This document shows positions 12,701 through 25,680 of a DNA stretch of 64,000 bases, piece by piece (position 1 is the stretch's first letter; every line of letters begins with the position of its first letter). The DNA comes from Geosiphon pyriformis uo1 (lineage: Eukaryota; Fungi; Glomeromycota). The notes beneath the pieces were generated by a model. The model was given only the letters and a program-made list of their open reading frames with translations. It had not been told where the DNA came from and ran no database searches. The stretch is taken from contig JAAOMT010000771.1 of NCBI GenBank assembly GCA_016748015.1, positions 4,443 through 68,442 on the forward strand, read 5' to 3'. Both the position numbers and the translations under genes were made by a program.

Positions 12701-15700
12701 ACCACAAAGAACATCAAATTTACTGCATGCCAAAGATATCCTGTTAGAAAGAATCTTAGACAATATTTTTCTGGCTGTCTCAACTAAAGCTATAGATTTG
12801 GTATTGGTGAGTGTTCCCTTCCAGTCATATGGCTTCAGTATCATAGAGATCTAGGCTTGCCTCTATTGTAGAGGAACTGTACCCAATTCCAAACACACAT
12901 TGAGAATATTTAACAAACCACCCAGAATCTGAGCATCTCCATGCTTTCATAGCTTATTAAGAATACCAAAAATGCCACCAGCTTTCCCATCAGGCAGTCT
13001 TTTAAACACCAGGAGAAATTCATCTGATCCAATTACATTCATGACATTTGAGAATGCACTATTATTAACATAGTCCAAGGGAGCATATTGATTAGACCAA
13101 TGACCAGACAGAGAGATGGGAGCAATCTGTTTTCTTGTCCATTCTTTTATGATATTATTAACAGCAGATTTAACTTCCATGGGTTTTAAAATTAACTTAT
13201 TATTCACTATTAGATGGTTCAGCACTACTTTTTTAAATGGTCAGTTCAAAACACTTTTGATCATATGTCTTTTATTGGAGCTAAAGATTTTCATGTGCTT
13301 GTCTATTGCCTTTTTGATTGAAATGTTTTTGAACACTCTAGACTCATAATATTTGGACTTTTGATACAATTTTTTGACTTTTAATAGGTGTAGAAAAATG
13401 TTCTCCCTACTCTCACTATTATCAAACATTGTGCATGCTTTGGATGCCCCTTTATTATCAAGAATAGACCATATCTTAAAGAAGCAAACAGCTTTTGACT
13501 CCTAATCTGAGCTTAAACACTTCACCAACTTGGCCATCAACAATTCCAGCTTAAAAAACTTTAAAGACTGCTTATTTTTCAAACAATTAGACTTACTAAA
13601 CCAATTTCTAGAAAACACACTATCAGCTAAGCTTGTAATCACTTCTTTAAAAATCCCCCACATAGCATCCAAATTTTTAGTAACTTTTGCATCATTGAAC
13701 ATATCTATATATTTCAAGAACTTGTCTGATAAATGGTCTCTAAATTGTGTTTACTTATTAGTATTCGCATTCTTGATCTTGAATTTTTACTTATTCTTAT
13801 TAGCCTGCTTATGCTTACCATTAAGCCAGGCATCCAAGAGACCACCCAAACCAACTGAGACCAAAATGGCATTATAATTAATGTCAAAGAAATCAGAAAC
13901 AAGAATAACTTTGTGACCAGTCAATGCAGACGACAAACTCTCACTTACAAAAATATAGTCAATAATCTTCACAGCATCCTGAAAATTGCCCCAAGTAAAA
14001 GCTTTGATCAAAGAGTGTCCACTAAAAGAGTTAACTAACCCCAAATCCAAACAGAACTTAAAACTAACACTCTTCTTATATCCATTCTTATTGAAATTAC
14101 TGCCCAAAACCACAAATGTGGAGGTATTAGCAGCCTTAGCAATAAGAGAGTTGATTTTGCCAGCTTGGCCAAATCTGGTTTCAGCAGAAGCACTTGCATA
14201 TATGCCCAAAAACATTACTGACAACTTGCTCTTGAAAAAAAGCCAAACAGAAACAAGACAACCAGAAATCTTTTCAATTTTAGACACATAATATACAAGA
14301 GAATGTTCATAATGATTGCCACCCCAGTGCCAAGAAATTCTTTGTCCAAACCAGAAGAGAATATTCTCCCCATCAAACCTATTCATAATCTAAGGCCTAG
14401 TATTGGACCTCAACTTTGTTTCTGTAACAATAAAAACCATATTCCCAGAATCTACATGCCAACAAACAATATCTTCCTGCTTGGCAGGGACATTAATACC
14501 ACAAACATTGTATGTTGCAATTTTCCAAACCAGATTCATCATTGAGAATGATAAGCAACAAAAACCAAACCAGTATTGTCTATTTTGGCCGAGAGGCCCA
14601 TAACCATAATTGAAAAATTGTTTAGAGTTTCTTCTATTTTAAAGATAACCGAAGGATTAAAAACTGCCACTTCCACAATAGTCTCACCACCAGTGGCCAC
14701 ACCTGAACCCTTTTTCATTACTATATCCATCCCTTGATTCTGTGATAAAAGAGTCACCAATGGCTGACATCTAGGGCTAGGCTGAGAAATTATTGGTCCA
14801 GATAAGTCCAACCTCTTAGCCAACTTGTCAATATATTCTACGAAACTGGCAAGACTATGCTCAAGAGCAGCAAACTTATCATGCAATTCCATAGACACCA
14901 CCAGAATAGATTTTATCTCTGAGAAGGAACCAGAAATAGCTAAGTTATTGTGCATAGGAAGAGAAAGAAATAAAGACCCATCAACAATACTGGCCCATAA
15001 AACACTGCCAAAAGAAACAGAATAAGAGATTGAAACAGAGCATTTAGCATAAATGGAAGCCAGTCTGCTTTTATTATCATTCAACAATAACCTGTGAGTT
15101 GAGCCACCAGAAAAAACATTCTCATTCACAGAAAAGTCCAGCAAAGTGTGACCCAAGTTCTTATGCTTATCACACTTAGCAGAACTCAGGTAAGACCAAT
15201 GCAAATTGGCATTCTTTAAGACAGGTGTAGTTCCCATAACAGCATTAATTGAAGCAGCAGAGTCAAAACAAACAACAGCACACCTGGCCCAGGCATATAT
15301 AACAGGGTATTAATCGATAACATATGTTTTCCCACCCACAGAACCAATAAAATCTCAGATATTATAAGCATTAGTGCCCATTAGTAGTGTATAGAACAAA
15401 GCCTTATGTTGATTTTTTTTATCCCATAATTTCTTGTCTATATTAGTCTTGGCCACTCTCACAGTATCTTTCCTAATTAAGATGGATCATCTAGCTGCGA
15501 CTAAATCAGCCTAATCTGATTGGGCAAATTCAACTATAGCCTTTTGCCATAGTTCTATTAATTGTATTTTGATCAATATAACAGAACCAAATTCAGAAAG
15601 TGCAGTATGCACAGCCTCAGCTAATGTTTCAACTGGAATTTTTTTTATCACCACAGTTCAATCTGAGTGATTAGTTGATTTCTTGAGACTAGTGTTTACC

Positions 15701-16480
15701 AAAATATTCGCTGCTCTTGCCTTTTCTGTTGCTTGTGCCAAACTAGATTTAGAAATGAAGAAAGCATGGATGATTTCTGAGAATTTTGAGAGGGTAAAGG
15801 CCCTCTCAAAACCATTGACTTTTAAAAACAATTTTTTAATCACCATTAGCTTTTCATGAGAGGATTTCTCAACCACTTTATTCAAGTCAATATTCAAAGC
15901 AAAAGATTTCTTAATAGAAACAATAACCAAGTTCTTCAAGAGAGAAAAAAGTTCCAAGAAGACATCCAAAAGAACATCATCATTATCATTATTACGACCT
16001 GAGAAATCTATTTTCTCTAATGGCTTGCCCAATGCTTTTTTAGTTTTGATACCTGGCTTTTTAGGTGTCTGATTATAATTTTTATTAGCAATAATTCTAC
16101 TTTTACCATAGTCAAAGCTAGTTTCCTCTATTAGACATTCTTTCTCCATATCAATTCTTTCAGACTTAATGATATCACTAGTCTCAGAGCCTTATGAACG
16201 ACCACCTGGCATCTTAGTTAGAGCTCCTTTTTCACCAACACCCTCCTCCAAAGCAACACTCTTTCTCTTCTTTCTTAACAAAACAGGCTTGAAACCCCCA
16301 CCAGAACCAGATTCTTTAGTAATCTTCTTCATGATGATAATACTAGGGCCAACAGTGGCCTTAAAATCAAAAAACAGTTTGGTTTTATTGTACTGAATGT
16401 TGAAAAAACTTCTTTCAAAAAACTTTTGACTCTTTTTGGGAATTTGAGATGAACAAGAGAAAGAAGTTTTTTTAAACTCA
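9757..16480 (-). mobile_element. Full-length degenerate LINE: ORF1 (about 16330-14539) and ORF2 with APE endonuclease, RT, RNase H and Cys/His finger
   Basis: APE start WKIATYNV.GIN, IIDYIF; RT TKSIALVETARKILSKI, D...AYDS, AFVDNTIW; RNase H IYTDGS...EIQAIALAL...KIKGH...GNECAD; finger CIQCGLVENSDHIFSC. Many stops and frameshifts. Confidence 0.92.
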
Positions 16481-16879
16481 TTTATTAAGACTAAATTAAA
16501 TTTTAAATTATAAATAAATTTAATAAAATTAAAGTTTTTGTTTTTAATTTTAATTTTAGTTATTTGAAATTTGGTATTATAATTATTGTAAACAATAATT
16601 TAATTATATATATATACAAAATTTTAAAAATAAATTAATTATTATTATTATTTAAACAGTCTTTTAAATATAAATTTTTTGTTATTGTTTTATGATTAGA
16701 TATTAATATTTTTTTAGCTTAGAGAAATATAATTAATTTATAATTAAAACTATAAATAAATTTTTTTTGTTATTTTAGATGACTATTTTAATAAAAATAA
16801 ATTTGAAAAAATATTAATTTTAAAAAATGTTTTAATTTAGATTTGATTAATTTTATAATAAATAATATTACTTATAAAA

Positions 16880-17960
16880 TAATAATAATAAAATAATATT
16901 TAATATAAATAATAAATTAAATATTAAAAATTAGCAAATAATATGATATTAAAATTTTAAAAAACCAAAAAAGATTTTAAAAATTTTAATCATATTTTAA
17001 AAATATATAAAAATTATTAAAAATTCTAAATTTTTGTATTATAAAAATTTAGATAATAATAATAATTTTAAAAACAAAAAAAACATTAAATTATTAATTT
17101 ATTTAATTTAAAAGTTAATAAATTTAGTATTTAAAACAAAATTTTTATTTAATAAAAACACAATTATTATTTAAAATTAAATAATTTATTAAAATTATAT
17201 ATATATATAAATCATGATTTATCTTATTAATAATTATTTATTTTTAATATTAAACTTATTAAAACAATCAATATTAATAGTATTTATTTAAAAAATTTAA
17301 TAATATTAAAACAATAGCTTTTAATTATAATTATTAACAAAATATTAACTTTTTATTTATTTTTTTTGTATTATTAATTAATTAATTAATTTAAAAAAAT
17401 TTTAAAATAACAATATTAAAAATTGTTTAGTAATTAAATATAAAATTAACTTATTAATAATTAAATTATTTATTAAAAAAATATAAAATATTAAAATTAA
17501 CCAATTATTATACCTAAAAAATTTAATACTAAATACTGTTAATTATTATTACTTAAATCTTTGTTTATTATACAAAATACTTAATTACCAAAATTTTAAA
17601 TTTAATAAAATTCTTAATTTTATTAATTAATTAATTAATTAATTAATTATTTATAATATTTGGTGTTTTTTGTAAAATAAAATTTATAAAAAACAAAACA
17701 TAATTAGTAATTATTTAGCAAAAAAACAAATTTAAAATTTATAAAAATCAATTACTTGAAATTTATAAGATTATTATGTAAATACTTTTAAAAAATTTAA
17801 AATTAACAATTAGTTATTTTTTAAAAAAATTTAGTTATAATTTTTGCATAAACAAAAAAATAAAATACAGTTAAAAAAAATTTAATTCAAAATTCATAAT
17901 ACAGACTTTTATAAAACTTAAACAAAATATCAATTATTATTAATTATTAATTATAAGTAA
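16880..17960 (+). repeat. Extremely decayed LTR, PBS and gag start of the B/C Gypsy family
   Basis: 17200-17658 aligns by eye to the 3' half of LTR B (aatagcttttaattataattattaacaa...). It is followed by the decayed PBS tttggtgttttttgt at 17659 and a gag-start remnant. Left boundary approximate. Confidence 0.6.
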
Positions 17961-18099
17961 TACAATATTTAAATTATTATTATAAATATTAGTACCAATT
18001 TTTTAAAAAAAAAATCTTTATAAAAAATTTCTAAGATATTTTACTATTAAAATTATTTTATTATTATCTTCTATTAAAAATTATATTATTATCTATTAT

Positions 18100-19005
18100 A
18101 AAAACAGAAAAAAATACTTAAAAAAGAAAATTCTTCTCTTATCAATTCTCTGATTATGATAAAAATAAGAATTATTAAAAAAATAGCTCTTTTTTTCCTT
18201 TGTTTTTCTTAGTTATTTCTTTTAACTTATCTCTTTTTATTATAATAAAACTAGTGAACTTTTTTGCTAGTAGTTTTAGTTCAGATTTAGCTGGTTTGAA
18301 AATATATTTAAATATTAAGAAAAATCAAATACAGAGTATATACTTTTATAGTATGTCTTATAAAAAAATGAAAAAAGCTAATATAAATGTTAATATGATT
18401 AATTTTTCTGCTAATTTTTTAAGTTTTGAAGATATTAGTGTTTTTGATAAAAAATCTGTAATGTTCTAAGATAGCAAAGTTGGTAGCAAAGCCAGTAGTA
18501 TTAACTGTTTATTAGATATAAAAAATATAAGAAACATAATTGTTAAAGAAATTAGCTATATAAATTTAAATATTTTAGTGATTAATGAGAATATAAACAA
18601 TATTATATTGCAAAAAACTTGTACTTGAACATATGTGTTGGTTTAACTACCAAAAACTCTTTCATTTGTGGATTTAAGTAATGACAAAAACATTTTAATG
18701 TTTTTATTATTTAAGTTTAATAACTCTAAACAACTCTATTTGATTAGATTATATGTTTCGAAAAAATAGAGTTTTAATTTGCCAAAATTTTTTACATTAA
18801 ATATTGAGCTTTCTGCTGTACTTGGTAAATTTTTTGGTAATAAGTTAATAGCAATAAAAAAAATTTTTTATTTTTGAGAAAGTATTAACTTTCTTAAAAT
18901 TTTTTGGTATAATTAAATCATTTTTCACATCTGAGTTTAATTTAAAAAAGACTAAGAAGTTGGCAATTAGTAAAAAATTTTTAGTTAATAATGATATTAA
19001 AATGG
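18100..19005 (+). mobile_element. LINE copy 2, 5' part (5' UTR and ORF1 start); continues at 37866
   Basis: Homologous to ORF1 of the - strand LINE (FTLNIEL...KKIF...LVNND). Interrupted by element B. Confidence 0.8.
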
Positions 19006-19920
19006 TATTATTTATAGAAATTAAGAATTATAATGAGTAAATAAAATAGCCAATCAAAAATAGACATAGTAAAAAGAAATTCTAGAATTTTTTTAAAAAA
19101 TTGCAGAATCCCAGAATTTCAAAATTCTAGGATTCCTCTTGAAAAATTGCAAGATTCCAGAATTTCAGAATTCTAGAATTCTTTTCAAAAAATTGCAGAA
19201 TTCCAAAATTTCATAATTCTAGAATTTTTTTTAAAAAAATTGAAAAATTCCAAGAAATTTTATATAATATAAATTATATATATATAGTAAAAGTATTAAA
19301 AGCAAAAAAAACATTTAATATTATTTAAGTTAGAAATAATAAATTATTTTATACCCCTTTCTTTAAAAGATAGTTTTTTATAACTTAAAGTAAAATTACA
19401 TCAATATTAATAAAATTATTCAATTATTAGCTAAATCTATATTATTGTTATTTAATTAAAAAATATTAATCACTTTTTCTACTATTAATAACTTATGCTA
19501 ATAAACTCCAATATTTAACCACATTAAATCAATAGCTCTTAATTATGGCTATTAACAAGATATTAATTTTTTATTTTTATTTTTATTTTTTTATTTTATT
19601 TTTTTGTTGTTTACTAATTAATAAAAAAATTAAGTATTGAGTATTTAACATCAAAAATAACTGGTAAAAGATTTAAAAACAAAGATAGAAATTTAAAGAT
19701 AGCTTATCAGAAGAATATAATTGCCAAAATAAATTGGCCACCATGTTAAAAAAAAAATTCACAAAAAAAATCACTAATTGAATCTCTGTTCATTATATAA
19801 AAAACTTAACCAAAATTTTTAAATTTCAAAATTTTTAGAAATTACCAATATTATTAGCTATTAAACACCAAGTTACAAGTTTGTTATTTGTTTTAACACC
19901 TTAAATAATTATCTATAATA
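19006..19920 (+). repeat. 5' LTR of element B
   Basis: Direct repeat of 37014-37865, followed by the PBS. Confidence 0.9.
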
Positions 19921-22245
19921 TTTGGTGCACTCTGTGAGATATAATTTAACAAAAAACTAGCATTAATAATAACTATTTAGAAAAGTAGCAGACCAAAAAT
20001 CATAGAAAAAAATTATTTAGAATTTGTAAAATTTTTATTTCAATATTATCAAACTTATCTTGAACTGACAAGTAACTATTAGTCAACAAAATCAGCTTTT
20101 AACTTCTATGTTAATAAAAAAATTAAATTCTAATTGGAAAATCAAGAAAATCCAAAAGCTGCTCTTAAAAATTTTTACAATAAATTATTCTAAAGCACTA
20201 TGCTTTTACAAAATTATTTGTTTGTCTCACTAATTACAAAAATAAATTAAAAAATTAAAAATTACATTCAGCAAAAATTTATTATTACCTTTATAAACAA
20301 AGAAAAATTACAAATTTTAGCAAAAACACCAAAAAAAATACAACTATTTACTTGAAAAAAACCAAAGTTATTTTATCTATTTGTCCATTATACTATCATA
20401 TACCAGAAAGTATTATCTATATATTATCTAAATCCATATTATTATCAAATACAAAAACATCTTTATCCAGAGTATTATTCTAAAATAATCAAAAAAAAGC
20501 CAAATTATTAAGAATTTATAGCAATTTCTTTGAAGAATTTAAATTGTAATCAACAATACCATTAAAACTTTAATTACAAACAATTTATCAGCCTTTACAA
20601 TATTGCAAAAATTAAGAAAACTTTAATTATTTGCAGAATTAATCATATCTAATATTATTATTATCAACAAATTAACTATAACAACAAAAAACACATAATT
20701 GTCATTACTGTAGTAGACAAAAACATCTAAAAATAAATTGTAAGACCAGATTAAATAATCAATAATTAAAAAATTAATAATTGCCAGTTTTAAACTTCAA
20801 ATTACACTCTAAATTAAGAACAATATTAGTATTAGTCTTTTTATACTTCAATAATATAGCAACCAATATACTTACTTCCAGTCTATCAAACTTTAGCATC
20901 AGTAATATATCAATTACAGTCACAAATAATTTATTAACTTTAACAAATTTAAGCACCATCTTAGAATACTGTGTCAACATTAAATAAAAACCAAAGACTA
21001 AAAATTACTTATATACAACAGAATTAAAGATTAGTGATAGTTATATACTAACTAATTTTCAACTTATTAAACCAGTTATTAGGATCACATCCAAAAAATT
21101 CAGGAAGTAAGTACACCCAAAACCTGAATTCTCAGAACTATTTAAGTTTTCTAGCCACTTCAACAAACAATTCATTCAATAATTTAGAAATCCAGAAAAT
21201 ATTTACCAATAATATTCTACTTACTATTATCACAGAAGACAAATTGCTTGCTACAATATTTTCTTTTAAATTAGAAAAACTGGTAACAACATCTCTATTC
21301 AGTAAAGTTATTCTTAACACAAAACTTATTACAGCCATGTATATAAATGTTAAAATTAATGACCAATCTATTAAACTAATTTTTAATAATGGTTTAATAA
21401 GCAGTATTATTACATATCAAATTATAGACCAATTAGATTGTTGAGTTAATTATGCTGCCAATGCCAAAATTATTATTATTAATAAAACTATTAAGATTTC
21501 TATTAGCAAAATCAACAACTTCTCTTTTAAAATCAATGGTATTATTACACTCATCAAAATTTTTGTCATAAAAGCTATATAATATTAAGCTTTTATTAGT
21601 AATAACTGGCTGTTCAAGACCAATAATATACTTAATTAAACCACATAAAAGTTCTAATTTAGTTAAAATGATTAGCATACTTAAGTACCAATTATTTGCA
21701 ATTACTTTAAGACAACCCAATTACAACTACTAATTGAATTTGAGAAAAAAATAAACAAATCTATCTAAAAAGCCTATTAAGTTTCATAGACTAATAACAA
21801 CCACAATGAATTACTATTAATACTCTTTTGAGACAATAAAAGCAAAAGCAAAGAAGAAAACAAACCACAAAATGCCACTACAGAAAAATCAGCTAACAGT
21901 TAGCATGTATTATACTTATTAAACACAAGAAAAAAACTGCCATATATTTTACTTAAATATATCAATTATAATAAAAAGCTTTTATTTATAAAAGCTTGAA
22001 TTGTGCCAAAAAAAGACTACTAAATACATATCTGTTATTATTATAAACCATGTCACAGAAAATACTTCAAGTACTCAAAATAACAAGAAAAGTGGGACAA
22101 TAAACCATGTCTTATTTATAGAAAAACTTTACTTGATAAAATGTGGAATAATATTCTTAATTAAAAAAAACATGTGACATTTTGTGTCAATATACAATCT
22201 TTATAAGTAACTAGATAAACTAAAGAATACTATTTAATGCTATGT

Positions 22246-23222
22246 TGTTACCAAATGAAATTAAAGATATTATTTAGCATAAAACTATCTTATAATTCTT
22301 ATCATTAATTAGCATATATTATTATTTTAAATTATCACTTATTACATTAGCAAAAATATCTGAAATTATTATTTAATTAATAACCCAAATTGTACACAAC
22401 ACAAATGTAACCTAATTGCAATGATTAATCATGCAATACTCTAAACTATATAACATTCAAAAGTTCGCTGAAATTTATAAAAATTTGCCGAAATAATTAA
22501 TAGTTCACCAAAATATCTAATAGTTTGCAGAAATAACTTGTAGTTCACCAAAATGTATCTTTAGTTCAGCGAAATTGTAGAAAATAGCAAAGTTCAAGTT
22601 CATAAAATAGTGTTACGACAAGTTGTATAAAAGAAGAGCTTCTCTCTTTGAGAAAATGTATCTTACTTTAGATTTATTACTTAGAACCATTCCTACACAC
22701 ACAAAAAGAAATAAATATCAAATAATTCAAAAAACCAAATTTTTTAATTATTGCACTTGGAAAATCCTCAAAACCCAACTAAAGTTTTGAAATTGATTAG
22801 CTACCAATTTCAATAAGCTGTTAGTAACTTCAGGCCTAAATTGAAAATGTTTCCCTTGACAGAATTCTATTTCTTTTACATCTTTTTATTTTCTTTTTAT
22901 TTTCTTACTATAATTATTAGGGTAGCCTACAGACAAGATTTCTGTAGAAGAGTTGACTTTCACAGCAAAGTAACTATACATTTTAGTGAGCTTTCAGATG
23001 AGCAATTCCTAAGAAAGAGTTGACGTTTACTACAACGTAACTATATAAAGTAACTGGCACAAAATTGGCCATTCCACTTATAAGCCCAGCAATTCAAATT
23101 ATAGGAGATAATTTGAAGATAAATTCAGTTATTAAAGATTCAACTACTTTTAGAAAATGTAAATTCACAACAAACAGCCATTAGCAACATTTAAAAAAAG
23201 AGACCAAAAATCTCTGGTAATA
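22246..23222 (+). repeat. 5' LTR of element A
   Basis: Direct repeat of 31148-32124, with internal gttcgccgaaat-type repeats. Confidence 0.95.
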
Positions 23223-23224
23223 TT

Positions 23225-23234
23225 TGGTGCTCTC
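23225..23234 (+). promoter_or_regulatory. Primer-binding site (tggtgctctc)
   Basis: TGG motif 2 nt after the LTR end; the same motif follows the LTRs of B (19923) and C (42648). Confidence 0.8.
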
Positions 23235-23267
23235 CTACAGAAATAATACAGCAATAACAACTTCAAA

Positions 23268-25020
23268 GTGGCAATCACACCAAACACAACTACTCTAGAG
23301 TATTACCAATCAATTTACACCTACTACAAGCAAAGATTCAACATTCCAGACGGAATTGAAGTTGTCAAGAAATCAGTATATCAATACATTGAAAACCGCA
23401 TCAACAATTATCTTTTTGGAAATTACAATATCTCAGAAGTTAGAAGCAACTTTTACAATAATTTAGCACACTATTCACAGTTGGGAACTGAAGATCTTAA
23501 CAGTAAAACACTTGCCACTTACTTTCATGAACTTAATTTTAACATTATCAAATACTGTAAAGAAACATATCCAGTGCAGTCTCAATACACTATTGATTTT
23601 GAATCGGAAACAGAAACAAACAACAAAGGCAAAAACAAATTGAAACAATACTCAAGAACCATCCCAAATACTCCAACACTACCAAAAACAACTGCCAATT
23701 ATTTACAAACATCTGAACAAGAAACCAGTTCAAAACTTCCACTTACTATTACATCTTTTTCAGCTTTACTTGCACAAACACAAATGCCTAATTCACCCTT
23801 GAATCGATTTGCAAGACCAGAAGATTTTACAGCACTCAGAAGTCCCATAAAACAACAAGAACCCCTTCAAACTAGTTCCAATCTCCTTGATTTTCTAGCT
23901 AAAAATCAAAGTGAACACTTTGAGACAGCAGCAAACAAAGAAAACAACTCTGAAATAACTGAAGAAGAATTAATAGACAGTGAAAAGGAAAAAGATGAAA
24001 TAACAACATATATTACAAAAATTCCTGAATTCAATGGAGAAGATATTGAGACCAGTCTCCAAGAATGGCTCAACCAAGTTACTAAAGCTGGAAATGCAAA
24101 TGGATAGAATGCTGCCAGAATGTTAAGAACAATTCCCTACTTTCTCAAAGGAACAGCAGGAGAATGGTTTGAAAACTTGGCCACCCTATTCAATGATTGG
24201 AATGCTTTCAAAGCAGCCTTCCTTGAACAGTTCACTGACAATAATACCTCCATCACCCTTCGCAAGCATTTTCGAAATATCAAACAAGAACCCTCCAAAT
24301 CTGTTATGACTTATATTGGGAAATTCAACAAACTTTTCAAATGAATTCGCCAACTCGAAACAAATGATTATTATTCCAATGTTCAAATCTTGGATCAATT
24401 TATCGCTGGTCTAAAAGATAAACTAATTAAAAAGGTTCGCCCACATGTGCCAGAAGATTTAAACTCTGCCATACAGCATGCGAAAAGATACGAAATGGCC
24501 ATGGAAGAGGCCAACCACACAAAACTTGTAAATTTGGCAATTGGAGAAACCAGCTCAGCAGCCGAGGAAAAAATTGACCAACTCACAAAAAAGGTTGAAA
24601 ACTATTTCACCAATCAACAACAACAGCAACCCCAAAAATATCAACCATCTCAAAGACAAAATCAAAATAACTTTGCACCACTTTCCAATAACCAGCCTCA
24701 GAATTGCCATTACTGTGGAATTTCTGGCCACTGGAAAAGAGATTGCAGAAAGCTACAACAAGACCAACAAAATAGAAGTAATCAATACTACCCTCCACTA
24801 CAGCAATTTTATTATCAACCGCCACCACCAGCTTACTATCCACCAAGACCCCAATACTAAAATAACTATTATCAGCCTGCCCCACAGCCAATTCCACAGC
24901 AATACCAATAACCGCTCACACAATATTATCAAGTACCTGCTCAAAAACTGCTTACACAAAATCAATTCACACCACAAAACTGATACCAAGTAAACAACAA
25001 TAGAATCAGTTCAAACAACC
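23268..25020 (+). pseudogene. gag: gag of element A (retrotransposon gag core and CCHC knuckle)
   Basis: IPEFNGE...EWL, FLKGTAGEWF, FIAGL, CHYCGISGHWKRDC. In-frame stops. Confidence 0.9.
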
Positions 25021-25289
25021 AATTGGTTCCCCGAAATACTACTCAACCAAGACCCAACCACTACCACACTCAACCCAGTTATTTAACAATGCCAGAAGAA
25101 CAGGATTTTTACCATACTGCACTCTCGGAAGGTAGAGCTGCAGCACAACAACAACAAAACCCTTCCTATACTCTCACCACAATTCCACCAGCCAGAATTG
25201 CTAAAAACGCTAACCTTTCAGATATATTCTCTTTTGAGTTCGAAGCAAATGAATCACCATTTCTGCTTAGCAATGCAGCCACCAATGAA

Positions 25290-25680
25290 CAAAAAGCAAT
25301 CATGGCCATGTACACTGAAGCCAAAGTCAAAAGAAAGACAATTCACTTGATCCTAAACAGTGGATCCGCCAGAAGCATTATCATCTACCAGTTAATACAA
25401 CAGTTGAAAAAAAATGTCGACCGACCAGCTCAAACAGTAATCGTCACTGCCAATGGCATGAAAAAGACCCCAGTAGGAGAAATTGACAATTTTCCATTCA
25501 CTTTTGATGGAATTACCATTCCAGTCAAAGTTCTTGTAATGAATGCACCCCAGTACCAAGCTCTCATCGGAAATGATTGGCTTCAAAAAGCCAATGCTAA
25601 TCTGAATTGGGAAACACAAGAGTTAACAATCTCCTACCAAGGACAACATGCCCAGGTACCTGCCACTTGTGGTACATTCA
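25290..25680 (+). pseudogene. Aspartic protease of element A
   Basis: LILNSGS (from D-S-G) ... ALIGNDWL. Confidence 0.9.

Noticed and set aside
11519-16396. Plus-strand ORFs over the minus-strand LINE (and antisense ORFs over the Gypsy elements)
   Set aside because: Shadow frames of TE coding sequence with no motifs.
22841-23023. 60-aa hydrophobic ORF repeated at 31743-31925
   Set aside because: It is duplicated only because it lies in the LTR; TTG start and T-rich low complexity.
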